This document shows, piece by piece, positions 18,401-30,830 of a stretch of DNA of 64,000 nt. The position numbers and the translations under genes are program-made. Origin of the DNA: Macrostomum lignano (Eukaryota); the NCBI GenBank assembly GCA_002269645.1, contig NIVC01000846.1, forward strand, positions 1 through 64,000, given 5' to 3'. The notes beneath the pieces are model-generated. The model was given only the letters and a program-made list of their open reading frames with translations. It did not search any database and was not told the DNA's origin. Numbering within the stretch: the first letter of the stretch is position 1; each line of letters begins with the position of its first letter.

Positions 18401-20107
18401 TCGCAGGGCGGAGGCACCGAGTACAGCGTCTCGGCCGCCTCGTCCGGGTCGCGGGCCTCGGCTCGGCCGATCGAGGCGCCGGCGGCCAAATTCTCGGGCA
18501 GGCGGAAGGCGAACTCGGCGCCGGTTGGAAAGGCCGGCGGGCTGTCATTTTGGTCGAGGACGCGGACGGTGAACCGGCGCTCGGCGCGGAGGCCGCCGCT
18601 GTCGGCACAGGAGATCCACAGGTGGTGCTTGGCGACCTCCTCGCGGTCGAGCGGCCGGCGACTGCGCAGTAGCAGGCGGAGAGTTTCACTGCTCGATGAC
18701 GAGGCCTTGACGACAGCTGGCTCAGGCATCAGCTCGAACGAGTCGGTGCGATTAAGAAACCCGGCCAGGTCGCAGTCCGGCGGCGGCTGGTGGCGGCTGT
18801 CCCGGTCACGGTCGGTAACGAGAAGAAAGCCGATGAGCTTTGGCGGGTGGTTCTCGGGCAGGGAGAGGCCCAGGCCGTTGGGCGAGGTGGATACGACTTC
18901 GATGCTGGGCGGGTTGTCGTTCACGTTTAGCACCTGCGGGTTGATGGGCTCTTTTCTGAGTGACAGCCTTTGTCAGAGTGAAAGGCTACCGGAGTGACAT
19001 GCTTTTAGAGTGACAGGCTTCCAGAGTGATAGGCTTCCAGAGTGATAGGCTTCCAGAGTAACAGGCTTTCAGAGTGACAGGTTTTCAGAGTGACAGGCTT
19101 CCAGAGTGACAGGCTTTCGGAATGTCCCGCTTTCAGAGTGACCGGCTTTCAGAGAGTGACAGGCTTTCAGAGCGATGTGCACTTACAACTGCCAACTGAC
19201 CTTAACAGTGAGGCTCATAGACGCTGTTCTGGGCTTCGGGCTGTGGTTGTCGCTGACCAAAACCTCAAAGCGGTACTCCTGCCTGGCCTCGGCGTCCAGC
19301 AGCTGCTGCAGGTGGATCTCCCCGCTGACGGGATCGATGCGGAACGGCAGCGGCTGTTGTGGCGACTCCGAGCTGCGCAGGCTGTAGCTGAGGTGCCCGG
19401 CGGATCTGTAGTCCCGGTCGGTGGCGCGGGCGCGGTACAGCAGGGAGTGCAGCGAGGCGTTCTCCTTGACCTGTGCGGCGAAGGGGTCGGACTATGGCAC
19501 TGCACTACTCTTCATCTAGTAGGCTGCGCGCGTTTTATCAGCTAAATTTGCTGAATTTAAATTTAACTTTTTCCTGCAATATGCGCATCAGCTACTCAGA
19601 TTCATAGTCTATGGCCTACAGCACTTAGAGCTGGATGGAGCTTTTACCTGTAAGAAACTTGAGAACCATTGATATCCCTAGAAAATAAGGGGATCTTAAG
19701 TTACAGGTAAGTTACTTATGTAGAGACTAATTTAGAAAGCAGGTTCTTTGCTGGCTCATCTCTTCTCTTCTAGAAGAAACTTGCTTTCCCAACCAAAAGC
19801 GTGGGCAGGGCAGAGAGGAGACAAAGACAGGCAGACAGGCAGGCAGAAGACAGCCCCGGTCCCGACCATCGCATTGTCGTGCTGTGTCAGCTCGAATTTC
19901 CCCGAGCCAAGGGAGACACGACGGGAGGAGGCCGACTTCTCACGGGGGAGAGAATCGAGGGGATCTCATGCAGCCCGATCCCTGCCGGCTTTGAAAAGAA
20001 GAACTAGAAGATCCGGATTGGGAGGGGTTGACGCTGACCTGAGTGAGGCCCGGCTGCTCTCTCTGCCTTAACCAGCGGACTGTGCTCTGTGATATATCTG
20101 TCTTGTG

Positions 20108-20157
<50 letters not shown>

Positions 20158-20278
20158 CCAATCAATCAATCAACCAATCAATCAATCAACCAATCAATCA
20201 ATCAACCAATCAACCAATCAACCAATCAACCAATCAACCAATCAACCAATCAACCAATCAACCAATCAACCAATCAAC

Positions 20279-20335
<57 letters not shown>

Positions 20336-21189
20336 CTTACCGGGATAATCTGAACCCGGGACGCGGGCTCGAACTCGGGATCAAAGTCGTTGGTGTTCTC
20401 CACGCTCACCAGGACCGTCAGGTTGCCGCCCGCCAACGGCGGCTCGCCCTCGTCGCTGGCCTGCACCAGCAGGGCAAAGCCTTCGCCCAGCATGGCGGCG
20501 GATCCGTCGCCCTCCTCCTCGAGGTCGAGCTCGCGGACGGCGCGCAGGACGGGGACTCGAGAGCCGGAGTCCTCGCCAAGGCCGGCCGGATCGGTGAGGA
20601 TCTCTTCGTCCAGGACAAACAGCGGCGAATGGCTCAGCAGGGCGTACCGGACGGTGCCGTTGCGCCCGGCGTCCGGGTCGACGGCGAGCGGCAGGCGCAG
20701 TCGCTCTGGGCTATCGTGCTCGCGCAGTCGCCACCGCTGCACCCGAACCGACGCTGGGAATTCTGGCGCGTTATCGTTGACGTCCCCGACGCTGACGATG
20801 AGGTCGAGTAGACGGATGTCCGAGCCGGCGGGCCCGGCCGGCCTGAAAGTGGCCGTCAGCTCCAGCTGGCAGGGGCCGCGGCGCCGGCAGTGACGAATGG
20901 ACTCGCGGTCGAGCCTCTCGGCGAGGGTCAGCTGGCCGCTGGCGGCGTCGAGGGCGAATCGACGGCGAGAGTCGACGCCGCCGCCGGAGAGCAGCTGGAA
21001 TTGGGCCGGCAGTTCGTGCGGCTGCCTTGGCGTTGACCGACGCGACACCAGCTTCTCGGCGAGGTCGCAGACGAGAGCACCGGCTGGGAGCTCCTCGCGC
21101 ACGCTGCAGTGATGCCGCTCGGCGCCGGCTGGGTGGCGGCAGAGCCAACTGACGCAGAGGACGATGGCTAGAAAGAGGCGAGCGGGCAT
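12401..21189 (-). CDS. Delta-type (non-clustered) protocadherin, about 1152 aa, 7 cadherin repeats + TM + cytoplasmic tail; exons 21189-20341, 19470-19201, 18933-17274, 16998-16835, 14018-13949, 12846-12401
   Basis: Signal peptide (MPARLFLAIVLCVSWLC). Repeated cadherin motifs (LDRE, DxNDNxPxF, AxDxD, DxGxP). TM segment LIVVTVCVAVSFLVLLCAVTLAGYFCYYL. All introns are GT-AG and phases chain 0,0,1,0,1. Total 3459 nt, divisible by 3, ending ...YLTSSFV*. The two small tail exons were found manually. Confidence 0.9.
13627..13884. repeat. 18-bp tandem repeat, 14 copies (AACCCGGATGTGGAATCG), each containing a Pol III B-box on the minus strand
   Basis: Reverse complement of the unit contains GGGTTCGATTCC. 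Confidence 0.95.
14405..16250 (-). mobile_element. Crypton-like DNA transposon in a protocadherin intron (ends approximate)
   Basis: Tyrosine recombinase gene bracketed by the direct repeat TACCATAGACAA (14438-14449, 15998-16009), GCGGAG...CTCCGC palindromes and a 145-bp hairpin (16102-16246). No TIR or TSD seen. Confidence 0.65.
14625..15911 (-). pseudogene. Crypton-type (DUF3504/CryptonA) tyrosine recombinase, frameshifted in its 5' third
   Basis: The 283-aa ORF 15476-14625 has LSLRASAEHRAL, YTERMSKNGRVGL, FYLTP...WYRSQPMGVHTI, TNSSLRRT..TRL and KTGR...RSY. Upstream frames give FLLELRKDNGDMYPPATI and IFKDNEF...IDAAMK, typical of this family, separated by 2-3 frameshifts. Family assigned from recalled motifs, not a search. 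Confidence 0.85.
20108..20333. repeat. (AATC)n/(AACCAATC)n microsatellite
   Basis: Direct reading; starts immediately at the protocadherin exon-1 donor. Confidence 0.95.
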
Positions 21190-21314
21190 CTCAGCTTCTG
21201 GCCCGGCTGCTGCTGATGAAGTTTTCTGTGGGAAGGGGCGGCTTGAGATTAATGTTGCGGAACCTTCAGAGAAGTTTCGGTTTGGTGTCCGCAGGTGTTA
21301 CCAGCGTCAGCGTC

Positions 21315-22340
21315 AGTGGAGTGTCAGTGGAGTGCTAGTGGAGTGCTAGTGGAATGCCAGTAGAGTGCCAGTGGAGTGCCAGTAGAGTGCCAGTAGAGTG
21401 CCAGTAGAGTGCCAGTGGAGTGCCAGTAGAGTGCCAGTGGAATGCCAGTAGAGTGCCAGTGGAGTGCCAGTAGAGTGCCAGTAGAGTGCCAGTAGAGTGC
21501 CAGTGGAGTGCCAGTAGAGTGCCAGTAGAGTGCCAGTGGAGTGCCAATCAAGTGTCAGTGAAGTGCCAGTCAAGTGTCAGTGGAGTGTAAGTGGAGTGCC
21601 AGTGGAGTGCCAGTGGAGTGCCAGTGGAGTGTCAATGGAGTGCCAGTGGAGTGCCAGTAGAGTGCCAGTAGAGTGCCAGTGGAGTGCCAATCAAGTGTCA
21701 GTGAAGTGCCAGTCAAGTGTCAGTGGAGTGTAAGTGGAGTGCCAGTGGAGTGCCAGTGGAGTGCCAGTGGAGTGTCAATGGGGTGCCAGTGGAGTGCCAG
21801 TAGAGTGCCAGTAGAGTGCCAGTGGAGTGCCAATCAAGTGTCAGTGAAGTGCCAGTCAAGTGTCAGTGGAGTGTAAGTGGAGTGCCAGTGGAGTGCCAGT
21901 GGAGTGCCAGTGGAGTGTCAATGGGGTGCCAGTGGAGTGCCAGTAGAGTGCCAGTAGAGTGCCAGTGGAGTGCCAATCAAGTGTCAGTGAAGTGCCAGTC
22001 AAGTGTCAGTGGAGTGTAAGTGGAGTGCCAGTGGAGTGCCAGTGGAGTGCCAGTGGAGTGTCAATGGAGTGCCAGTGGAGTGCCAGTAGAGTGCCAGTAG
22101 AGTGCCAGTGGAGTGCCAATCAAGTGTCAGTGAAGTGCCAGTCAAGTGTCAGTGGAGTGTAAGTGGAGTGCCAGTGGAGTGCCAGTGGAGTGCCAGTGGA
22201 GTGTCAATGGGGTGCCAGTGGAGTGCCAGTAGAGTGCCAGTGGAGTGCCAGTCAAGTGTCAGTGAAGTGCCAGTCAAGTGTCAGTGGAGTGTCAATGGAG
22301 TGCCAGTGGAGTGCCATAGAGTGCCAGTCGAGTGCCAATT
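21315..22340. repeat. 11-bp satellite (GTGGAGTGCCA) with 143-bp higher-order repeat
   Basis: Near-identical ORFs start at 21530, 21673, 21816, 21959 and 22102 (period 143 = 13 x 11). Confidence 0.95.
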
Positions 22341-23059
22341 GAGGTTAGCAGCAGCATGCAGTTGATACAGCAGTTTTATGAGTTTATCATATGCAAGTAT
22401 TTAGCGCAGGTGGGATTACTGCTATTGAGAGGCTATTGAATTGCCTCATTGAAGGCGTGAACCGTGGCTTCACTACTATTCACCAAGTCATTGAGAGACG
22501 CTAACAGTATCAACTCCAGGCCACATCAGGAGATTTCAAGCCATCCACTTTCTAGCTTCATCATACAACTGCCACTCCAGCTGCCGCACCTGTCAGCCAC
22601 TTTACGACACTAGAGGCTGGTCCCCCCACCATCACCCGCCTCCAAAGCAAACCAAAGAAGCTGGCTTGGTAAGCATTGTTGCAGCAATTTTTTGCCCGAG
22701 GAAAGAAAGTGGCCGGTGCAAAATGAGTGGCTTTGTGTGTGCGAAAGGGGGAGAGGTGCTAAAATATATGACTGTAATTAGTTGCTGAGCTGGAGGCCCT
22801 GCGACCCTCTTCTCGCTCCACTCAACCAGCTGACTGAGGGATCATGACACCCTGGCTATGGGAGAATTGACTGACAAGTCGCTATGTGAAGAGGCTGAGA
22901 GACAGAGGCGACTTGGAGAAAGAAATCATTTTATAGCTTTGGACTCCTGCGCTTTTTATACTCCCGCCACTTAGCCGCGCTTCAGGGTCGTTTTCTGCTT
23001 TCAGATTGCAGTCTGGGGTTTCGCTGTGTGTTGATTAGTGCGCTTGACCGCTTAGGACT

Positions 23060-24150
23060 GGCAAAGGGGAAGAGAGAGGGGAAGAGGGAGAGAGTGAAGG
23101 AGAGGGAGAGGGAGAGGGACTGTGAGACTGTGGAAGAAGGAAAGAGACGACAGTGAGAGGGAGAGAGAGGAGACAGTGGGAAGGAGAGAGGGGAGACAGT
23201 GGGAGGGAGAGAGAGGAGACAGTGGGAGGGAGAGAGGGGAGACAGTGGGAGGGAGAGAGGGGAGACAGTGGGAGGGAGAGAGAGGAGACAGTGGGAGGGA
23301 GAGAGGGTAGACAGTGGGAGGGAGAGAGGGTAGACAGTGTGGGGGAGAGAGGGGAGACAGTGGGGTGGAGAGAGGGGAGACAGTGAGAGGGAGAGAGGGG
23401 AGACAGTGTGAGGGAGAGAGGGGAGACAGTGTGAAGGAGAGAGGGGAGACAGTGGGAAGGAGAGAGGGGAGACAGTGGGGTGGAGAGAGGGGAGACAGTG
23501 GGGTGGAGAGAGGGGAGACAGTGAGAGGGAGAGAGGGGAGACAGTGTGAGCGAGAGAGGGGAGACAGTGTGAGCGAGAGAGGGGAGACAGTGTGAAGCAG
23601 AGAGGGGAGACAGTGAGAGGGAGAGAGAGGAGACAGTGGGAAGAAGAGAGGGGAGACAGTGGGAAGGAGAGAGGAGACAGTGTGAAGGAGAGAGGGGAGA
23701 CAGTGTGAGGGAGAGAGGGGAGACAGTGTGAGGGAGAGAGGGGAGACAGTGTGAGGGAGAGAGGGGAGACAGTGAGAGGGAGAGAGGGGAGACAGTGAGA
23801 GGGAGAGAGGGGAGACAGTGGGAAGGAGAGGGGAGACAGTGGGAAGGAGAGAGGGGAGACAGTGTGAGCGAGAGAGGGGAGACAGTGGGGTGGAGAGAGG
23901 GGAGACAGTGGGAGGGAGAGAGAGGAGACAGTGGGAGGGAGAGAGGGGAGACAGTGGGAGGGAGAGAGGGAAGACAGTGAGATGGAGAGAGGGGAGACAG
24001 TGTGAGGGAGAGAGAGGAGACAGTGTGAGGGAGAGAGAGAGGAGACAGTGTGAGGGAGAGAGAGGAGACAGTGGGAGGGAGAGAGGGAAGACAGTGGGAA
24101 GGAGAGAGGGGAGACAGTGGGAGGGAGAGAGTGGAGACAGTGGGAAGGAG
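23060..24150. repeat. About 23-bp GA-rich minisatellite (GACAGTGGGAGGGAGAGAGGGGA)
   Basis: Direct reading. Confidence 0.9.
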
Positions 24151-25980
24151 AGAGTTCACTTGAACCCTCCGCGACTCTCCAATTCTCTTTGCGAAGCCAA
24201 CTTGAATAGCAGGACCTGTTGCTCAGAGATAAACAAGTGGGATTAAATGGTCGATGCGAACTCCCACTTGGGGATTACGGGAAACAAAAGAGTGTGCCCG
24301 GATATTGGCAAGGCGGATAAAGAGATCAAAGTGTATCGCGCGGTTCACTGAGTACAAAAGGGCTGGATTATCAATTATTGACATCATCGGGCGCTTGACA
24401 TCATGGGAACTGGGAATTCCCGGATTCGAGAGCTGTAGATTAAGAAAGCCTTCTTAAAAAGAACCACTGAGAGTCCTTATATTGTTGCAAAGCTGTGGGG
24501 CGAAGGAAAAAGCAGAATGCATCCACGCATTGTAGCAAAGAACTTGAAAACTAATGCCAAATGCAAAGCAAAACTCCATTTATTCTCTTTAATCCCAAGC
24601 GGGAACTCAACTTCTACTCGATGGATTCTCCCCACTCTGTAGCTTTAATCATTGCTTGTTTCAACACAACAGCAGAATAGAGCTCTCTCGCTGGGTCTCC
24701 TCTGCCCCACTTCTTCCCTGCTGCTCTCCGCTCTTGCGGGCCTCGTCCCTTGGGGGAACTCGAAAAAGCTGATTTACTCACTGCGATGCAACTGGCTTCA
24801 ATGAAGTTTGAAATCTTTCTGCTTCGGCTTTTCCCCTCTCTTCTCTCTGTCTGCCTCTCCCCTCTACCTCTCTCCCTCTCCCTCCCTCTCTCTCCCTCTC
24901 TGTCTCCCTCTCCCCTCTACCTCTCTCCCTCTCCCTCCCTCTCTCTCCCTCTCTGTCTCCCTCTCCCCTCTCCCTCCCTCCCTTTCTCCCTCTCACCCCC
25001 TCTGTCTGCCTTTCCCTCTCTCCCTTCATCCCTCCCTCCTCTCCGTCTCCCTCTTACCCTTCTTCTTCTTCCTTTCCATCTGTTCCTCTCTTTCTCAATC
25101 CGTCACCTCTCTCCCCTCTCCCTCCCTTCCTTTTTTTCTTCCCATTCTCGCCCGTAGGGCATGGGACACCTGTAATCTTCACTCACCTCGACATGCCCTC
25201 CCCTCTCTCCCTCTCTTCCTCGTCATCTTCTCTACCTCTCCCTGTCTCTCTATCTGTCTCTACCTCCTTCCCCCACTCTCTCCTTCTTCTTATTCCCCAT
25301 ATCTCTAATCCCATCCGCTTTCCGCTTTCTGTCCTCACTTCCCCATATGTTTCTGTGGCCCACATCTCTGACCGGACTGAAATGTCTCAGTCAGTTTTAA
25401 CTAATTTCTCTCCATAATTTTCTATCCTTAATTCCCATTAATCAGCATAAATTCTCGCATAAATTTGCCTCAAGAGCAAAATGTCGAGTTAGAGCCGATT
25501 AAATAAAGCAAGGATCCCCGCTACTCAATTCTTGGGCCGAGCGAGCGCTCAGCCTCAAGTGGGCTTGGCAAGTGGCCCATCGTTAGCCGGCCAAGAAATC
25601 AATCATCAGGGCCACAATCGATTTGACAGCAGAAGTGAAGTTGGCTCTCACCGAACGAAGTCCCCTAGCAGGCAGTTCGAGAAGTTGTTCTGGTCTCCAC
25701 CGAGCTGACTGGACTTGACTTGGCGGGTCTCTGGCACTTGCTGTTGTTTCTTTTGGTCTGCTTCGGTGCTGCTGCGGTGCCTTCCTGGAGGCAACCAGCT
25801 ATTAAGGAGGTTGCGAACCAGGCCTGGGACGAAAATGACGAATGGCTGCCCCCCCCCGTATCTCGCCAGCATCCCATTCCGCTAGCTGGCCTGGTCCAAT
25901 TGCAGCTGAGCTTTGATTTGTTCTCTCTCTCTCTCTTTCTCTCTCTCTCCCTCTCTCCCTCTCTCTCTCTCTTTCTCTCC

Positions 25981-26013
<33 letters not shown>

Positions 26014-26020
26014 CCTCTCT

Positions 26021-26086
<66 letters not shown>

Positions 26087-26149
26087 TTATTCGTCATCGC
26101 AGCAGCGCCATTGTGGAGGCGCCATCATTGTGGGGGAAAGGGTCATTAT

Positions 26150-26920
26150 TGTGTGAGGGAGGGTAATTGTGAGGGGGGGTCATTGTGAGGGAGATTAATT
26201 GTGGGGGGAGGTTCATTGTCAGGGAGGTTGATTTTGAAGGTCATTGTGAGGAAGGGTCATTGTGAGGGAGAGTCATTGTGAGGGAGGATGATTGTGAGGG
26301 AGGGTGATTGTGAGGGAGGGTGATTGTGAGGGAGGGTGATTGTGAGGAAGGTTGATTGTGGGGGAGGATCATTGTGAGGGAAGGATTGTGTCTTTGGGTT
26401 GTCTCTACATGACGATTGTGTCCTGGTGGGGTCATTGTGAGGGAGATTCATTGTGAGGGAGGTTCATTGTGAGGGAGGGTCATTGTGAGGGAGGGTCATT
26501 GTGAGGGAGGGTCATTGTGAGGGAGGGTCATTGTGAGGGAGGGTCATTGTGAGGGAGGGTCATTGTGAGGGAGGGTCATTGTGAGGGAGGGTCATTGTGA
26601 GGGAGGGTCATTGTGAGGGAGGGTCATTGTGAGGGAGGGTCATTGTGAGGGAGGGTCATTGTGAGGGAGGGTCATTGTGAGGGAGGGTCATTGTGAGGGA
26701 GGGTCATTGTGAGGGAGGGTCATTGTGAGGGAGGGTCATTGTGAGGGAGGGTCATTGTGAGGGAGGGTCATTGTGAGGGAGGTCATTGTGGGGATGATCA
26801 TTATGGGGAGGATCATTGTGAGGGAGGGTCATTGAAGGAGAGGGTCATTGTGTGAGGCAACCTAATTGTGGGGGAGGGTCATTGTGAGGGAGGATCATTG
26901 TGGGAGAGCGTCATTGTGAG
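26150..26920. repeat. 16-bp minisatellite (GAGGGAGGGTCATTGT)
   Basis: Direct reading; homogeneous core 26470-26780 with degenerate edges. Confidence 0.9.
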
Positions 26921-27715
26921 AGAGAAAAAAGCAGCAAACTCCTCAAATCGTGAAGTAACCAGACGGCATTATTTACCCTAGCAACGGGTGCAAACCGCCT
27001 TGGATACCGTGTTTAGAAAGACAGAAGACAATGTATCAAGTTGGAAATTTCAGCACCATCCACGTAGTCAGCCGAATGCGGTTCACGGAACTGTTGGAAA
27101 GATTATCTGGGGGTTATTGGGCATCACTGTGCAGACAAGGGGGGAGCAATATTACTAACCGCCTTGGAGGCCTTGGAGACAGCGGTGAAGGGCCAGTCCG
27201 GCTAATTGGCCCAGCAGACTCGCTGCAGTTCCGCATGCATCCGCGTGTTAGCTAATAATCGGCACCCAGATCCTGGCAGACTGCGCCACCCACCTGTCAA
27301 CTTTTGCTTGCTTTGCTTCTGCTTTCACTGGCCGGCAAGGGTGGGGGGCGGTTGGCGGCGGCGGCGGCAGGGCAAATGCAAGATGAAGAATGAATCTGGG
27401 TCAGCTTGCAGCCAGCGCGCAGAGGGGATAAAAGGAAATGTTTCTATGGCTCAGCCTCGAAGGCGGCCTCTGCGATGCCACACATCGTAAACACGGCAGG
27501 TGACTGGGCAGGGTGTGGAAGGCGGGATTCTGTGGGGTTGGGGGCGAAATTCCAGACTTCTTGGGGGAGACGGTGGCCTCAAAGCCCAGAAATTAACACC
27601 AGAATTTGCGCAGGGAGCCGCATCTGATGCTGATTGCTGCTAGGGAGACAGGGACTGCCTTGTCCAGGACTGGATCTGCGTCTGTTTGTTGCTATGCTGC
27701 TGTGGGGATTTTTAA

Positions 27716-27941
<226 letters not shown>

Positions 27942-28547
27942 CAAACCGCATGCAGGCAGTGTGGCTGGCTTCAGAGAGTAGAACACACAGAGTATAAAAG
28001 AGAATGGAGCCACGGGGAGAATTGAGAAGGGGGGGGGCAGCTAGCAAGAGGAAAAAATTAAATTGGGAATTGATTTTTCGTTCACTTCACGCACAATGAG
28101 ACGACGCTGGGCTCGTGGCGTCGGATGCAGAGAGACGGGATTTTTATCCCCACAACCGAGGGTTGGGGCAATCTGATTGGAATTTCTCGGTGAGAGCGGA
28201 GGAAAAAATTGAGACTGAAGATGCTGAGACTAAAGAGGGAGTTGCAGCATGGGATTTGCTTAGCGGGTTGCTGCAGTCTGCATTATTGGGGAAGTTTTTA
28301 TGAACTGCTAAGGAAGCCAGATTGGAGGGGGGATGGCTTTGCCGCCACGTCTGAGAATAATATTGAAGCCTGGACTCCGAGCTGCAGACTCCCACAGCCG
28401 GTCATTAGTCACTGCTGCATCAGGTGGAGCCCCGGGTGGTCTCAAGTGTCTGCTCAGTGGGATACTCTGAGGGCGACTGGCCATGCAGTTTGCAATAAGT
28501 ACACAGGCTGAATGCTTGCTGTTAACTTTATTTTCTGTACCAGGAAA

Positions 28548-28760
28548 CATGGAACCCATCAAGCTACAATGGAACCCCATCAATGCTACAATGGAACCCC
28601 ATCAATGCTACAATGGAACCCCATCAATGCTACAATGGAACCCCATCAATGCTACAATGGAACCCCATCGATGCTACAATGGAACCCCATCAATGCTACA
28701 ATGGAACCCCATCAAGCTACAATGGAACCCCATCAAGCTACAATGGAGCCCCATCAAGCT
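28548..28760. repeat. 22-bp minisatellite (ATGGAACCCCATCAATGCTACA)
   Basis: Direct reading. Confidence 0.9.
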
Positions 28761-29479
28761 GCAGAACCATGGCGCAGGAACTGATTCTGGGCTTAGGCCT
28801 GCATCAAAGTCGATCTGGCCCTCACCAATCGCAGGTACATATACCTGGCGGCTTTATGCAGAAACTGATCCCCTCTACGCCGCATGCCCTGCAGCTACAG
28901 CAGGCAGAGGCTTGACACCCTGGCGTACAGGCAGATAATGACTCCTGACTGTGCCTGATAATTGACAGCTTCAGGCCAGGGCGCTGGGGGTGCGAAAATC
29001 CACAACTTGTCGGATCGAGGAGGGGGTGGGGTTCGGCAGTCGGGTGGGATTCGCGGTTTCCTTGATTCTCTCCTAGCGCTCGGTTGACCTCCGCTGACTT
29101 CGACGCCGATGAAAAAAACGAAAGAAAATTTCCTGACACACACAAACTGCTTCGCGGAGGTGGCTATTATAAACAAACGGTTCGAATGCAGTTCCGCAAA
29201 CATATCGGGAGGAACAAATCTCTATGTTTCTCCATTTTTAGGCAACGGATTAAACTCGCCAGATTGTAATTTGCCTTTGTTTTTGGCCAGAAAACATGCA
29301 GAATATTTCTAACTAACCGTGGGTAATGAAAACTGAAATTAAACACAATCAATCGCTTGCCCGTCAGTCAAATTTAAGTCAAAGTCAAGCGTCAAAAATC
29401 GATCAATATTAAGTTAGCTGGATCTTAAGCTGGCAATCCTACTGCTTAGTAACAAGTTGCAGACATTAACGGTTTTTTT

Positions 29480-29895
29480 ACTGTGCGATACTGCCATTAT
29501 TTGACTGCCCGCGGTGAAGCTTCAGGTTAAGGGTTTAGGTTAGGAATTAGTGGCTTTAGGGTCTAGGTTTTTAAGGTTTTTTAAGGTTAGGGTTTTAGGG
29601 TTCAGGGTTTTAGGGTTTCTACGAGTAGTTTTTGGGGCTTTTAGGGTTTTAGGGTTCCAGGTTAGGGTTTAGGCTTTTTAGGGTTTTCAGGGTTTTAGGG
29701 TTTTTATGGTTTTAGGGTTTTAGGTTAGAGCTTGGGGTTTTTAGGTTTTTAGGTTTTTTTAGGGTTAGGGTTTTTGGATTTTAGGGGACAGGGTAGGGTT
29801 CGGGCTTTAGGGTTAGGGTTTTAGGGGTTTAAGGTTAGGGTAGGGTTAGGGTCTACAGTCAAACTGCTGACAGTAGTCGGCTGTCGTAGACCCTT
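29480..29895 (+). mobile_element. Degenerate (TTAGGG)-like array inside a Helentron/HINE-like non-autonomous element
   Basis: About 330 bp of T(1-5)AGGG variants (29525-29852) flanked by inverted TTTGACTG / CAGTCAAA, a 3' stem-loop (GACAG...CTGTC; GGTCTAC...GTAGACC) and T-runs on both sides. Confidence 0.5.
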
Positions 29896-30062
29896 TTTTC
29901 TGTTTGATAATCAACTATGAGTATAATATTGACAATAGTATATCGTAATTAACTACAATCTAACATGTACTAGCGTTTTTATTGCGGATTTATTTACATC
30001 TCGTATGTCTCGTCGTCTCGTGGCAGTTGCATGGCTGGTTTTCGCCGATTTCTATTAATTGA

Positions 30063-30227
30063 TATTCATAAAGCTTTTCGTTCAGAAAATTCGGATTCTA
30101 TATTAATTTTTTATTCTCCGTGCCGTCCCATTTTAATGGTTTTTTAGGCACAGGACATGTGCTATTGTACGGAGAATACAAAAATTAACATAAACCCGAA
30201 TTTTCTTAACGAAAAGCTTCATGAATA
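30063..30227. repeat. Imperfect 165-bp hairpin (about 59-bp arms)
   Basis: TATTCATAAAGCTTTTCGTTCAGAAAATTCGG...ATTCTCCGT pairs with ACGGAGAAT...CCGAATTTTCTTAACGAAAAGCTTCATGAATA. Confidence 0.8.
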
Positions 30228-30473
30228 CCAATGGAGCTACAAGAAAGGCACAACATATCAAGTAACATTGGATCTGCCTCCTATCGAAAGCAATAACAAG
30301 GTTTGTGCTGTAAAAATTGAAAACTTCCTATCTCAGTAAGTGTATTTTTAGGCGAAAACCAGCCTCCTTAGCACGTAGTTTCCAGTCCTTCTACTCCATT
30401 AGTCCTTGATCCAGCTATGTACTCATGCAGCTTTCATTTTAAACTTTTAATGTCTCTCAAATCAATATGACTT

Positions 30474-30830
30474 TTTTTATTAGAGGCAGGGGGGTTGTGT
30501 GCACCCTGGCGCACTTTAAGCGTCATTGGCACACAACCGGTGAGAGGCATTACTGCCCATTCCGCAGACTCCCCTGAGCAGGCATACAAGCGCGCGGATA
30601 CGTACGCAGGCACACACTCACACAGGAGTGCACAGTGGCCCTAACTTTATTTTATCGTTAGGCATGTACACTTCACTGCGCCTTGGGGGTTGGCTCTCAA
30701 GGCCGTTAATTGCACGAGCAGAGCCAAGCCGAGATTCCAATTCAGCCCCAAATTAATGTGACTGCACTTGGAATCGAGCCTGGGTCGCTGGCACACCAGA
30801 GCAGCTGCGCTACCGCTGGGCTACGCCCCC
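30474..30830 (-). mobile_element. tRNA-derived SINE
   Basis: Minus-strand head GGGCGTAGCCCAGCGGTAG (A box) ... GGCTCGATTCC (B box); AATAAAAAAA tail at about 30472-30483. Confidence 0.7.

Noticed and set aside
29525-29852. True telomere or chromosome end
   Set aside because: Highly degenerate, short, and flanked by ordinary sequence on both sides.
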